Positions 26,618 to 39,600 of a stretch of 64,000 bases of DNA are shown here, one piece after another (position 1 is the stretch's first letter; each line of letters begins with the position of its first letter). Made by a program: the position numbers and the translations under genes. Source of the DNA: Lama glama (Eukaryota). Below the pieces are notes generated by a model. That model was given only the letters and a program-made list of their open reading frames with translations, was not told where the DNA came from and did no database searches. The stretch covers positions 22,508,001-22,572,000 of the forward strand of contig CM052816.1 in assembly GCA_028534125.1 (NCBI GenBank), in the 5' to 3' direction.

Positions 26618-29029
26618 ATCTCTCCTTCCACTCAGTTCACATTTTTAACTTCCAGGTAGAAAGGATACGTAGTCTTTAAGAATATGTGAAATCTTCCTCT
26701 CTCTTCTCTGAAAGCATTTGGCAGATAGGAGGTGCTCAATAAAGGTAAGCTCCCTGTCAAATCTTATGTGCCTCACCAGGCTACAGGCATCCCCTGAAGC
26801 ACAGCCCCTCTCATATATCACCTGACTTCATCTGCACAGCAGCTGTGAAGCAGTCCAGTTCCGCCTTCCTCATTCGTCACTCCAGAGGCAGTGAGTCAGG
26901 CTGGAATAAATAGGGGAGCGCGTAAGCGTCTGAAAATGTGGTTTCAACAGCACCCATTTCCCGGGCAGATGAACATGTTAGAGAGACTGAAATTTTAGAA
27001 TTTGTGTCCTCTTTTTTTTTGGTTAAATCTCTTATTCTGACCAAAACTAGAGAGTCACCATTATAACTGCGGGCCAAGATAGAGCTCAAAAAAATGATGG
27101 TCTTTCAATTTTTCAAGGCCAAACTTGAAAGAATTTGTACATTACACTTGAAGCAGTAATAAAGCCAAGATTAGCAGAAAGGAGTATACTTTTGCCTCTC
27201 ATGCTTTAACATTTACGTGCTGTGTAACCCTATGAAGTATTGCCAGCCTCACATATTTTGCTTTATTTGGGTTATTCATCAACGGGTACGTAAGAGTCTA
27301 TTTTAAGACATACTCTTTGAAATAACATTTTGAGAGGGGTAATAGTTTTGAAACCAACATACTTTTCATTCACTATAAATCCACTTCTCTCTGACTCCCC
27401 ACCCATTGAATGAGTAATACTCATTACTTCAGGGGGTTGTTGGATATTTCCTAGAACAAATAAGTCATTATTCAGCTTTGTGAATTATTCCTGAGTTCAC
27501 AGCTAGATGATAGGCTTGAGAACCAAGCTTTGCTGGGAGGAATATGTTTTCTAAATTATAAAATCTTCTTTTTACATTACAAAAGCAAAACAAGGGGGTC
27601 AGAGCTTGGATTTTTACTCTCAGCCTCAGGGCACAGAGAAGAACGGAAATCAGGGAAGTCACTAACATTTAGGAAGAAGGGATCTTTCTAGTGTACAGAA
27701 GATTTTGAGAGCTCTGGAGGAGAAGAAATTAGGGGTAACTCTACCTGTATCTCTGAGGTGGAGCCAGATGCCCCCACCACCCTGGACCAAAGATGGAGGG
27801 AGAGGGAATGAAGCTGGAAGTGAAAAGCAGAGGAAGCATATACCACTTTCCTACTTCAGGTGATAGCCAGAACATGCCTCAGAGTCGTCCTGCAGCCATT
27901 GGCCACAGTGGAACAGAGACACTGCGTGACAGGTGTAGGGAGAGGTGGCACTCACACCCCTGCTCCCAGGTGGATGGGCGTGGGATGGGGAATTTGGCAG
28001 GCCATTAAGAATTAAGAAGTGATTTGCCTCACAGAGGTTTGGGGGGGAAAGAAATGGGGTGGAAAGCAGCTGGAGGGTAGATGGAAAAATGCACTGAGTC
28101 TAAGAGGTTCAGCCATTCAAATACACGCTCAACTGTCACACCCCAATCCCAAGTCAGTAAGGCTCACACGACCTCTAGACTCTTCCCCTCCTACCACCAC
28201 AGAGTAACCTGGCCTTCACCTTGTGTCAAGAAACCTCATAGGGAGGAGAAGGATGAGGGGAAAGATGGCATTAAAGACTGAGCACCCTCCCCACCACAGT
28301 AAAAAAAAAAGTACTTTAAAATGAAAAAGAGTGAGTAATCTTGAATGGGCTATTCTGTGGTAGAGGTTGTTCAGTGTGCTGCTGAATGGGAAGGGGGCTA
28401 TTGAGCAAGACGAGATAAGCCAAATGAATTAATTTCTTGTACATCCAAGTTGTACCTTTTACCACTCTTTGGAGGATCCATCAAGAAATTCTGATTTTCT
28501 CAAAGCTCAGGGGCTTGGACTATATGAATAAACAATTAGGAACACTATTTGCCTACTCATATTGCAAGATTATAGAGTGTCAGAATTTTCAAAAATTGAA
28601 AATAGTCTTCAATTGACTTTATCAAACACTACTGAGTATTGTTCTATGCATTAATTTTAAATATGTCTACGTATATGTGTGTTGTGGCTCTTGCATTCTG
28701 GGATTTCAATTAGCAGAGGAGTCAAATCAAGTTCATTTTCTTTTTTCTGGTCAAAAAGAGCCTAGAGGCATGAATATGGAGAGGTCCTAAACATAATCAG
28801 CCTAACACCGAGAGCCCTGAAGTAGCAAGCTGGCTGAGGGTTAATTTATATTCTACAGTAATGAGAACTCCAGCAAGAGAGTCCTTAAAAGAAAGCAATT
28901 TGCCAAAACCAAAATGTCTATCTGTTTAAAACCCAACACAACTAATCTAAAATGAGGGTTTGTTTTTAATTCCAGACCTTGACTAAAATGTACTGAGCAT
29001 TCTCAAAGGTAACCCAATAAAACCAGTAA

Positions 29030-29450
29030 CTTAAATTGAGTTTCCTCAAAAAGAGACTCTGAGATAATGATTTGAGTGCAGTGGTTTAATAGGGAGCTGA
29101 TCCTAGCAGGACCACAGGGAGTGGTAAAGGAAGACTGAGAATGGACGGAAATTAAAACAGAGTAAGATAATGTACAGGTGACCACTGTGGGCAACAGGCC
29201 CAGTCCCACTGTGAGTGAGATCATTTCTCAGTGAGACCGCCTGAAGGATGAGGAAGCCAGTATGTATTCCCCAATAAATTAGCTCAATAGCTGGAGCCTG
29301 CTTTTGAGCACACCAACTCCCCAGCATTCCGACCTGCCCCATGCCAAAGAAAGCCCTCTAAAGAAAGGTAAAAAAACACATGCAGTAGGAAGCCATCAGT
29401 GTGCACAGTGACTGGAGAGCCAACAATGTTAATTAGGCATTTGGGAAACT
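29030..29450 (-). mobile_element. ERVL LTR (LTR33/LTR16-like)
   Basis: gagactctgagataatgatttgagtgcagtggtttaatagggagctgatcc...accactgtgggcaac resembles the reverse strand of LTR33-type LTRs. Confidence 0.6.
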
Positions 29451-30039
29451 CAGGAGTGGAAAAGAGTGAATCAGGCATTTCTGGAAGTAGCAAAAAATCT
29501 GTTACTAAATGAACACTAGACGGCAGTAGTGTTCTGGTAGAGTCCATACGATACGTAACCTTGTAATACATAACTGTATCAAAATAAATTTGTTCAGCTT
29601 GTAGATTTAAGCTAACATTTGGTCTAATTATTCTTTGACATTCATTTCACTCAACTGAGCAGATACATGAGAAGGTTGCAAAAGACAAAAAAGATTTTGA
29701 AAAAACTTATTGCTGGAATCCAAAGTAAACTGTGAAAGCTAAAATTCTTACCTGAATAACCCTAATGAGATGAGGTTCAAAGTAAACCAGTTATATATAA
29801 GAAATGAGAGATAAGTAAATTTTAAAAATCTTTGGTTTCTTAGGTGCTTAAGATTATTGTACTAGGGAACTGTGGTTTCATATCCTCAGAAGTGAAATTC
29901 AAATTATTGTTATTAATGATTTTAGAAACATATTTCTCTCCTCAAATTATTTAAATTAAATATACAACTATGGCTGGACATCAGCTAAAGTCTGCTTAAT
30001 TCATCTCCACAATGGGGCAATCTATTTGGAATAGGAGTT

Positions 30040-30689
30040 TTTTTTTTTAATTTCTTTTTTTATTGAGTTATAGTCAGTTTACAATGTGTCAATTTCCAGT
30101 GTAGAGCACAATTTTCCAGTTATACATGAACAAACATATATTCATCATCACGTTCTTTTTTACTGTGAGCTACCACAAGATCTTGTATATATTTCCCTGT
30201 GCTATACAGTATAATCTTGTTTATCTATTCTGCATATGCCTGTCAGTATATACAAATTTCAAACTCCTAGTCTGTCTCTTCCCACCCCACTCCCTGTTGG
30301 CAAACACAAGTTTGTATTCTATGTCTATGAGTCTGTTTCTGTTTTGTATTTATGTTCTTTTTTTTTTTAATGATGCCACATGAGTGATCTCATATGGTAT
30401 TTTTCTTTCTCTTTCTGGCTTACTTCACTTAGAATGATATTCTCCAGGGACATCCATGTTGCTGCAAATGGTGTTGTTGTCATTTTTAATGGCTGAATAG
30501 TATTCCATTGTATAAATATACCACATCTTCTTTTCCAGTCATCTGTCAATGGACATTTAGGTTGTTTCCATGTCTTGGCTATGGTAAACAGTGCTGTTAC
30601 GAACATTGGGGTGCAGGTGTCTTTTTGAAGTAGGGTTTCTTCTGGATATATGCCCAGGAGTGGGATTACTAGGTCATATGGTAAGTCTA
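30040..30689 (-). mobile_element. Young lineage-specific 5'-truncated L1
   Basis: Poly(T) at left. Minus-strand peptide DLPYDLVIPLLGIYP...DTCTPMFVTALFTIAKTWKQPKCP. TSD TGGAA(T/C)AGGAGTT at 30027-30039 and 30690-30702. Confidence 0.92.
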
Positions 30690-30720
30690 TGGAACAGGAG
30701 TTCTTGAAAATGTTTTGAGG

Positions 30721-30838
30721 TTTCAATATCTCGTAATAATCTATAATGGAAAAGAATCTGAAAAAGAACTGAATCACTCTGCTGTATACCTGAAACTAAC
30801 ACAACATTGAAAATCAACTATACTTCAATAAAAAAAAA
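30721..30838 (+). mobile_element. Short L1 3' tail insertion
   Basis: ctgaatcactctgctgtatacctgaaactaacacaacattg...tacttcaataaaaa. TSD GTTTTGAGG at 30712-30720 and 30839-30847. Confidence 0.85.
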
Positions 30839-32929
30839 GTTTTGAGGGGAAAAGGAAATGTGTGTGTGTGTGTATGAGACTTTCTTTTTCTTCCTCTTGC
30901 TCTTCTTTTTTTCACCCCAAAAGAAAGATTAGTTTCAGCACTGAACTCTGCTCACAACATTACCTCTGGGGTCAGAATAGGTGCCCTTAATTTCTTTCAA
31001 AGCTAGAGTAAAAGTAAGGTCTAGAATTTACAAAAGAGAATATTTTAGAAGGTGCCAGAGGAAATAAGGGTAAGAAACAAAATCTGAAGAGGTAGCCAAA
31101 GACCATGCCCACATGCCCTTCCCAGTAGCCTGAACCAGACATTTAGGAAACAGTAACAACCAAAATGGAGAGGCTAAGCTTGATTAACCCCTTAGAAACT
31201 AGGCAAGTTCTAGACACTCCTCACTCCTAAGATTACATGTACAGTTCCCTGTATGGAAAAGTACTGTAGGTACTAGAAGGAGATGATTTATAGAAAAGTC
31301 TGGATTAATCAAGTGTCTTGATAACATATGTTGGAACTAATATGTGCATTATAATCATCTTTAAAATGTTAGCTAGTTAAACATCTATAAACATTAAATA
31401 CTTCTTTAATGCAGATACTTTAAAAATGTTTTGAGTATTTTTTTATAAACTTGTGTTATTTAGAAAAATAATTTTATAATAAAAAACAGTAAATACATCT
31501 CCCAAACTGCCTTGAGTATAGATAGGGTATTCAACATACACTAAGCAGTATACAAAACAGTTAATGAGGCCTAAGGAAATTAGCATGCAGGTCAATGGAA
31601 TGAGGGTGGAGAAAGGCTGGAAGGCCAGAAATATTTTCTCATTGAGGGAAGAATACAGGTGAACTTTATGGTACGGAGAGCATGACTGTGACTCCTGCTA
31701 TTGCTCTCAAGCTATAGGAACAAGCAGAGCGAATGTTGTTCTACACTTAAAATAAAAACATTTAAAATTAGTAAGAGTTATTTCTAAGATAACAGATTTA
31801 ATATAGTTATTTAGCCTACATAAAAGAAGATACTTAGCCTACATAAAAAGAAATCTGTTTACTAACCATTAATAATACTTAAAATTAAATGATGCCAATA
31901 ATATATATGAAAATCAATATACATTTGGAAGAATATTAAGGAAAAATTCCTAGCAACTCCTAACCTAGGAAAAAGGCCATTTACCAAGTTTTAATTTCTG
32001 ACTATGCCTGAATCTCATGCTACTGTTTGCCAGTTAACTATGTGCCAGCCACAAACAGCCCACCTATTATAATTTTTAGGTTATCAGTAATGATTCTGAC
32101 ACCATTAGACTAAACCATTATTGTTACTAAAGAGGAAAGCATTTATCACAGCATTTGACAGGCAGCAGATTTCCAAATATGTTACTTTTATTTAAGCCAA
32201 CTCTGTTTGCATTTCAATGATAAGAAGGAGTGGTATGTGGAAAGATAAGTTTTAATGTTGAATTCCATTTTTCATAAGATGAAGAGAGTTGCTGTTACGT
32301 TTTTTCAATTTGTGTAGGTGAGGGAGTCCACCAGGCTTCAGGGTTTTTACTTATGGGACCTCTTGGGGAAAACTGTTGTACCTAGAACTCTATCAAACCA
32401 TTACACATCAAACCAGGCCATATCAAACCTTACCTAAGCTAGAGTTTCACAGAAGTGTGTTGTTACTCCTCCTTAATGCAATGCTTTAACACTGATCGAC
32501 ACTTTAATATTAACATTTGCTAGTAGTCAGCTTTAAAATAAGACAACTAACAATCCTTCTCAGTATTGTGGATTATTTGATATCCTTCAAATCTTTAACA
32601 ATGGTTTGGGAAGTACTGTGAGTCTCATGTACCAAAAATGAGCCTCCATATAAAAAAGATTTACTGAGAGGGTACCCACTCATTCATTGCCTAATATGTG
32701 TTAGCCTAAAGTAAGCTTCTAGGATAAAGTGTTAAATGTGGAGACAGGGAGAGTATCTGTCTGCAATAATCTTTATTTATATTGGGGAGACATATAATGA
32801 ACAGGTAAACAAAAGAAGAATGCAAGGAAATTTGAGACAGTAATGAGTGTTATGAAGGATGATGTGACAGATACTACTGGAGGATGGAGTTGGGTATGTA
32901 ATTCAGTTCCTCAGATTAACATCATGATC

Positions 32930-34230
32930 AATTGTATCACTGCAAACTTAAAGAACTTAATGAAATAAATGGGATTCTGAGAAATTATTGAAAAAATAAG
33001 AAGAGATGAAACAGGAGCTGGGTGACCTGAAAAAATAAGTGGGGAATGAAATGAATTTAAGGCCTCAGTAGAATAAATAATTCTGAAAATACAGTGAGAT
33101 TCATAAAGGATAGACGGAGAAAATTGAACAAGAAAATTTAAAATTAGGAGTTTACAAATGCCAAAAGACACATGCACCCCAATGTTCACAGCAGCACTAT
33201 ATACAGTAGCCAAAACATTGAAGCAACCTAAATGGCTATTGACACATGACTGGATGAAGAAGTTGTGGTATATTTACACAATGGTATAGTACTCTGCCAT
33301 AAAAAAGAATAAAATAATGCCATTTGCAGCACATGGATGGACCTGGAGAATGTCATTCTAAGTGAAGTAAGCCAGAAAGAGAAAGAAAAATACCAAATGA
33401 CATCAATCATATGTGAAATCTAAGAAAAAACCAAAAAAACAAAAAAGCCACTATGAACCCATTTACAAAACAGAAACAGACTCAAAGACATAGTAAACAA
33501 TCTTATGGTTACCAGGGAAAGGAGGTGGGAGGGGTTAAATTTGGGAGTTTGAGATTTACAAATGTTAGCCACTATGCATAAAAATAGATTAAAAAAAGTT
33601 TCTTTTGTATAGCACAGGGAACTATGTTCAATATCTTGTAATTAACTTTAATGGAAAAATATGAAAATGAATATTATAGGTATATGCATGACTGGGACAT
33701 TGTGCTACACACCAGATATTGACACATTGTAACTGACTGTACTTCAATAAAAAAAATTAGGAGTTTAAAATTATTAGACAATGTGATATAGAATATTTAA
33801 TACATGTGTAATTGGAGTCTCCTAAGAAGGTAACTACTTAATTAACAGAATAAAAAATTTAGAAATAAAAATACATATCAATAAAAATTTCCATAAATAA
33901 AAGAACAGTCGAATTTATGGGTTAAAAAGATTTATTTTGTCCCAGGAAAATAAACACAGAACAATGAACACTGAAACATACAGAAGTAAAATTACTGGAC
34001 TTCACAATGAAGAAAGAACTTTCTGTGTTTAGGAGACGAAATTGGATTACTCATCAAGGCAAAAAAAATCAGCTGGGAGTTTCAGACTAATTTAGACTTA
34101 CATGTCCTTAGAGAACAAAGGACAACAAAGGGAAGGGGCAACTCAAGAATTTTATATCCAGCCAAACTGTCTTTTAGGTACACATTCAAGAAATATAATT
34201 CCATGAGGCTTTCTTGACAAAATCAGTATT
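32930..34230 (+). mobile_element. HAL1/L1 ORF1-like remnant
   Basis: gtaattggagtctcc, gtaaaattactggacttca, caagaattttatatccagccaaactgtc. Confidence 0.65.
33155..33752 (+). mobile_element. Lineage-specific L1 3' fragment nested in the HAL1-like remnant
   Basis: aaagacacatgcaccccaatgttcacagcagcac...acttcaataaaaaa. Perfect 15-bp TSD AAAATTAGGAGTTTA at 33140-33154 and 33753-33767. Confidence 0.92.
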
Positions 34231-34639
34231 CTCTGTCACGAAGATCAGTAGGTAAATAATGCCACATTTTGTCTATATGGCTTTCCAATTTTTAATGTTT
34301 TATTCTTACTACCTTCTATTACTTTATCATCACTAAGTAATTAAAAGTGAAGTCATTCTTACTGCTTTCTGACTAAGAATCATTCCATGTTTCTGCTAAC
34401 TAAAAAGTATATGCAGAAACTATGGCAAAATGAATCCATTTAGTTGTAGGACTAAGAAGAGAACAACTGTGGAGATTATAGTTCAGAAAAGGACATATTT
34501 TAAACAATATTATTGTTACTTAATAATAAAACAGCATGTGGAAAAGAGAAAGAAGAAAACATTGATAGCTTGGCAAGTGAGATGGTTTCCTTTATAGAAA
34601 TGTCAACAGGTTTTTGCTGACAAATCAAGGAATAGAGTG

Positions 34640-35005
34640 TTATTAGTCAAGACAGACTGGACTAGGTTAAAATACATGAAAAAACAACCCCCAAACCTTA
34701 ATGGTTTACCATAATAAAGGTTTATTTCACACTCATGCTAATTGTCTATCATGGGTATGCTGTCTCTGTATTCTATATTATCTTCACTCCAACACAGTAA
34801 CAGAAAACCACAACCTGAAATATTACTAAACTTCATGGCAGAGGAAAGAGACTCACATTGGTAATGTCAATTCTACTTACAACTCATTGGCCAGAATTCA
34901 TCCCAGGAACACATCCAAACACAAGATTATCAGCAACGGCAACCCCACCACATGTCCAGAATAAGAGAACTGGAATACATAACAAAGAGCACTAATTGCG
35001 ACCCT
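34640..35005 (-). mobile_element. Old MaLR LTR (MLT1J/K/L-like)
   Basis: tattagtcaag...aacaacccccaaaccttaatggttta...aaggtttatttc...ctcattggccagaa. Confidence 0.65.
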
Positions 35006-35196
35006 ATCAAGATATAAATATATTTAAGCCAATTAAAAATACCACCAAAACAGCTAAGGAGAAAACAATGAGGAAAAATTAGGACGTGAAGGACAGGAGG
35101 AGAAAATAAGGAAGATGGGAGGAAGTGGAAGTTTCCTCACAAGCGGGAGTTGGTGAATATTGCTTAATAAAGTAGAGAAATGAGTATACCATATAT

Positions 35197-35392
35197 CTCT
35201 GCTGTCCAATAGTCACTAGCCACACGTGAGTACTCTAAATTAATTTAAATGAATTAATATTAAAATTTTAGTTTCTCACACTAGCCACATTTCAAGTGCT
35301 TGATATCCAGCATGTGGTTAGTAGCTACTGTACTGAACAGCACAGACACAGAACATTTTGATAGTCTTAGAAATTTCTATTTTACAGTGCCA
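35197..35392 (-). mobile_element. MER3 (hAT-Charlie)
   Basis: gctgtccaatag...cactagccacatttcaagtgct...catgtggttagtagctactgtactgaacagcacag. Confidence 0.8.
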
Positions 35393-35479
35393 CTATTGAT
35401 GTTTATAGTTATAAATAAAAATACATAAAGAAAAATTATTATTATGCTTTCAAATTATGAGAACCAAAATGTACATACA

Positions 35480-35595
35480 GCTTGTAGTAACCAGTTATAA
35501 AAAAGAATATATAAATGTATTACTGAATCATTATGCCATACACCAGAAACTAATACACTATAAATCAACTATACTTCAATAAAAAAGTTAAAAAA
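35480..35595 (+). mobile_element. Short L1 3' tail
   Basis: ctgaatcattatgccatacaccagaaactaatac...aactatacttcaataaaaaa. Confidence 0.75.
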
Positions 35596-35889
35596 AATGC
35601 ATATACACAAAAACAGTCAAAACAGCCAGACAATAAAAAATGAAATAAAAATTAAAAAACCCAGAAATTACAATGTAAAACATGATAACAAAACTAAGAA
35701 CAAAGATATATGTCATACCAACAAATCTGACTACAAAAATAAAATACTCAGATCTAGGCTCACGTGTATAAACTCAAATATATATAAACATAAGAAACAA
35801 AAATTGCTTACATTTTTGAATGCTCATCATGTGCCAGGCAACTGGTATAACAGTGTAGCGTAGATTACCTCATGTAATACTCAAAATGA

Positions 35890-36494
35890 GTTACAAGGGA
35901 GGTATTGTGTCCCCTCCACCAAATTCGTATGTTGAAGCCCTAACTACAAATACCTCAGAACACAGTTAAATTTGGAGGTAAGGTCTTTAAAGTGATGATT
36001 AAGTTAAAATGAGGCCATTAGGATGGAGGCTTTTATTTTTAATTTTAGGATCACTGTATCACTTTATTAAAACCTATGAAAGATTAATATGGTTCCCAGT
36101 AATAATTTCAGGATGCTAAAATAATTCAGGGAAAATAGATAAGGGTGTGCTTCTCAACTAAGCCCAACAGGTTCAAGGATACTACAGAAAAGTTTAGAAA
36201 GGTATGACTTAGAAAAGACTATAGTTGAGGCTACTGGCACATGTCTTTATATGGAGAGGGAGAGACACCAGGGGCACATGTATACAGAGGAATGACCACG
36301 TGAACAGGTAGTAAGAGGGCAGGCATCTGCAAGTAAAGGAGAGAGGTTTCAGAGGAATCCAACCTTGCTAGCACCCTGATCTTGGCCTTCCAGCCAGAGA
36401 AAATAAGAACCAGAACCACGAGAAAATAAATTTCTGTTGTTTAAATCACCGAGTCTGTGATATTTTGTTATGGTAGACCTAGCATATTATTACA
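35890..36494 (+). mobile_element. MLT1A/B-like MaLR solo LTR carrying an internal insertion
   Basis: tgtgtcccc...aaattcgtatgttgaagccctaac...aagttaaaatgaggccattagg, and caccctgatcttggccttccag...aataaatttctgttgtttaa...tattttgttatgg...taca. Confidence 0.85.
36032..36226 (-). pseudogene. Probable 5'-truncated retrocopy of an unidentified polyadenylated RNA 3' end
   Basis: Minus-strand AATAAA (36063-36068), degenerate A tail (36031-36046), flanking direct repeat GAGGCT (36026-36031, 36227-36232). It interrupts the MLT1 LTR. Confidence 0.6.
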
Positions 36495-36689
36495 GTAATA
36501 TCAATATATTTGTTTTATTATGATAAAACCAAAACATTGACATGTTAAATAATTTAATGATGATTACAGAGCTTGAAAACAGTAGAGGGTAACTGTGAAC
36601 CCTGGATGTCTGATTCTAGATCTTGTTTTCTTAACTCTTTTACCAAAATTGGTCATGAATTTGAACAAAAGCCAGTCTCAATGAATTTC

Positions 36690-39600
36690 ATGACTGTACA
36701 CTGGAATTAAGTGAAAAAAAAAGATTATTAGAAAATATCCATAAGTCTGGAAATTAAAAAATAAACTTTAAATAATTCACTGGTAAGAGAAGGATTTCAA
36801 ATCCAAAATTTAAAAATACTTTTAACTGAATTATTAAGAAAATATAACACAAGAGAAAACTTGTGGGATGCAACCAAAGCAGCCTTTAGAGGGAAATCAG
36901 AATCCTTCGTCACATGAATTAAGAAAAAACAAGCTTAAAAACCAATTAACTAAACTTCCATTTCAATAAATTAGGAAAAGACCAGTATATTAAACCTATA
37001 AAGGGAGAAGAGAAGAAATAACCAAGAAGAGGTGAAATCAACAACAGAGAAAATCAAGAGAAAACTAGCAAAACTAGAAGCTGGTTCTTTAAAACTAGTA
37101 ATAAAATAATAAACCCATAGCAAGATTGATCAAGAAAAAGAAAGGTAATTTTGTTCAAGATCATAAAAGGAGTCTATGAAATGGACAAATCCTTCAAAAA
37201 TTAAAAAAAAACTCAGCCAAACTGATTTATTATAAACATCTGAAAAAATCCTAGATTATTAAGGAAATTGTATCCATTATTGAAAATCATCCCCCAAAGA
37301 AAAGCTAAGACCTGTATCTCTTCACTGGTGAAGTCTTCCAAACTTTTAAGGAAGAAATAACACCAATCACACACAAACTCTTCCAGAGAACAGAAAAGAA
37401 GACACTCTTCCCAACAGTTCTTAAGATCAACATACCCCTTATTTAAAAAGCATGATAAGCATGTAACCAGAAAGGAAAATTAAACACCAGATTCTTTCAT
37501 AAACATAGATGTAAAAATCTTGAACACAATATTAACAAAACGAATACAGAGATATATCAAAAAGATAATACATCTTGAACAATAGATTGTATTCCAGCAA
37601 TGCAAGTATAAGGTAGCATCCCAAATTCATCCCAAGTAATTTATTAATAACATAATGAGAGAGGAAAGCAATATAATTAGCCCAACAGAAGCAGAAAAAG
37701 CATCTGACAAAATTCAACAATCACTCACGATTAAATTCTTTGGATACCAACAATAGAAGTGACTTCCCTAACTTATTGAACAATATTCATACAAAAAATC
37801 TGCAACAAGCATCATATTATCAAGATGGTGAAACTGTGCATGCTTCCTTACTGACATAAAACATGAAATAATGATGCTTGCTATCATCAGTCAATACTGT
37901 ACTAGAGGTCCTATCCAATACACTAAGATAAGAAAAGTGAAAAATGGCATAAGGATTGGAAAAGAAACATAAAACTGTCATTATATGCAAATGATGTGAT
38001 TGGTTTTGTAGAAAATCCAAAATAATCCGCAGATAAAACATTAGAACTGGTAAGTGAGTTCAGTGAGGTTACTACACATAAATATATAAGTATAAAAAAT
38101 CAATTCTATTTCTGTTTACTATTAATAAACAAATAGAAAAATTAGATTTTAAAATATACATATGCCTCTTACAATAGAATTAAAAAAAAATAAACTACCA
38201 AGGAATAGGTCTAGTGGAAATGGGAGGTACTGAATTCATTGACAGATTCATTATTGTAAGGATATCAGTTCTCCCAAACAAATCTATTATTTAACACAGT
38301 CTCAAACAAAATTCCAGCAGGTTTTGTAAAGATATTGAAGAGTTTTAGAAGTTAGATGTAAATACAATCATCAAAGAATAGCTAAGGTGGTCTTAAAGAG
38401 GAACAAAACTAAAGGGCTTATCCAATCAAGATTTATTGTACTACACTGTATACCTATAATAATTAAAGCACTATGCTACTAGTACTGCAATAAACAAATA
38501 GACTAAACAGACAGAACAGGGGTCCAGATAGAGAACCACACAAATGTAACTACTAGATTTATGATACTGCAGAGCAGAGGCTAAGAGATCGTCTTGTCAA
38601 TAAATGGTGCTAAGCCATTTGGATGACTGTACTGGAAAAAAATTAAATTGTATCCTTCAACACATATCACGTTCAGTGATCAATTCCACATGAATTCTAT
38701 AGCTAAAAGTGAAAAGTAAAACAATAAAACTTCTAGAGGAAAACATGGTTGAACATACTCATGACCTGAGAATAAGCAAAGATTTTTTAAAAATAGGATA
38801 TAAAAATTGCTAATCATAAAGAAAACATTTTGATAAACTGGATTACATTGATATTAAAAACTCCTGTTCATAAAAAGGCAAGCAACACAATGATATATTT
38901 GATAAAACTCTTCAATCCAAAATCTAAAAATAAATCAAATAAGTCAATTAAGAAAACAAAACCTGCTAGAAAAAATGTACAAGAGACTTGTACAAAAGTA
39001 TAGAAATTAAAAAATATACACATCCAAATAGCTAATAACATGTAAAAAAGTGCTCAATTTCTATAGTTATCAAGAAAAGACAAATTAAAACCACAAAGAA
39101 GTATCACTACATGCCCATCACCAAAATGACTAAAATTAAGAAATAAATAAGTGAACAGATAATACCAAGTTTCTGTGATGATTAAGAACATCTGAAAATC
39201 TCATTCACTGTTGACATAAGTATAACTGAAAGCACTTTGGAAAACTAATTAGTAACATCTACTTAAGTTGAACATATGTCTACCTTGTATTTAAGGAATT
39301 CCACTGTTAGGTATACATTTGTCAACCAAAATAATGTATAAAAATGTTCATAACAGCACTATTCAAAATAGCTGTAAACTGCATAGTAACACAGTGAAGT
39401 ATTATAACAATGAGTGTGACCTATAATCCTATCTACAAAGTATGGATGTATTTCACAATCATACAAAGAGCAAAAATATTCCAGATACAAATGAGACTAT
39501 ACTACATAATTCTAAAATATAAAGAATAGCTCCAAATCAACCTGAAAAAGGCAGACAATCCAACAGAAAAAGGAACCAAAGACTTGCATAGGCAATTCAC

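Larger units (their letters stand above)
35805..36645 (-). mobile_element. MIR split in two (about 35805-35889 and 36495-36645) by an MLT1 LTR
   Basis: tgaatgctcatcatgtgccaggca...cctcatgtaatactca on the left; gttaaataattt...tgaaccctggatgtctgattctaga on the right. Confidence 0.55.

Noticed and set aside
27700..28470. Purine-rich block with several short ORFs, possibly an old LTR
   Set aside because: I could not assign a family or boundaries, and the ORFs show no homology or splice support.
31811..31848. Direct repeat ttagcctacataaaa x2
   Set aside because: An ordinary small duplication in AT-rich DNA.
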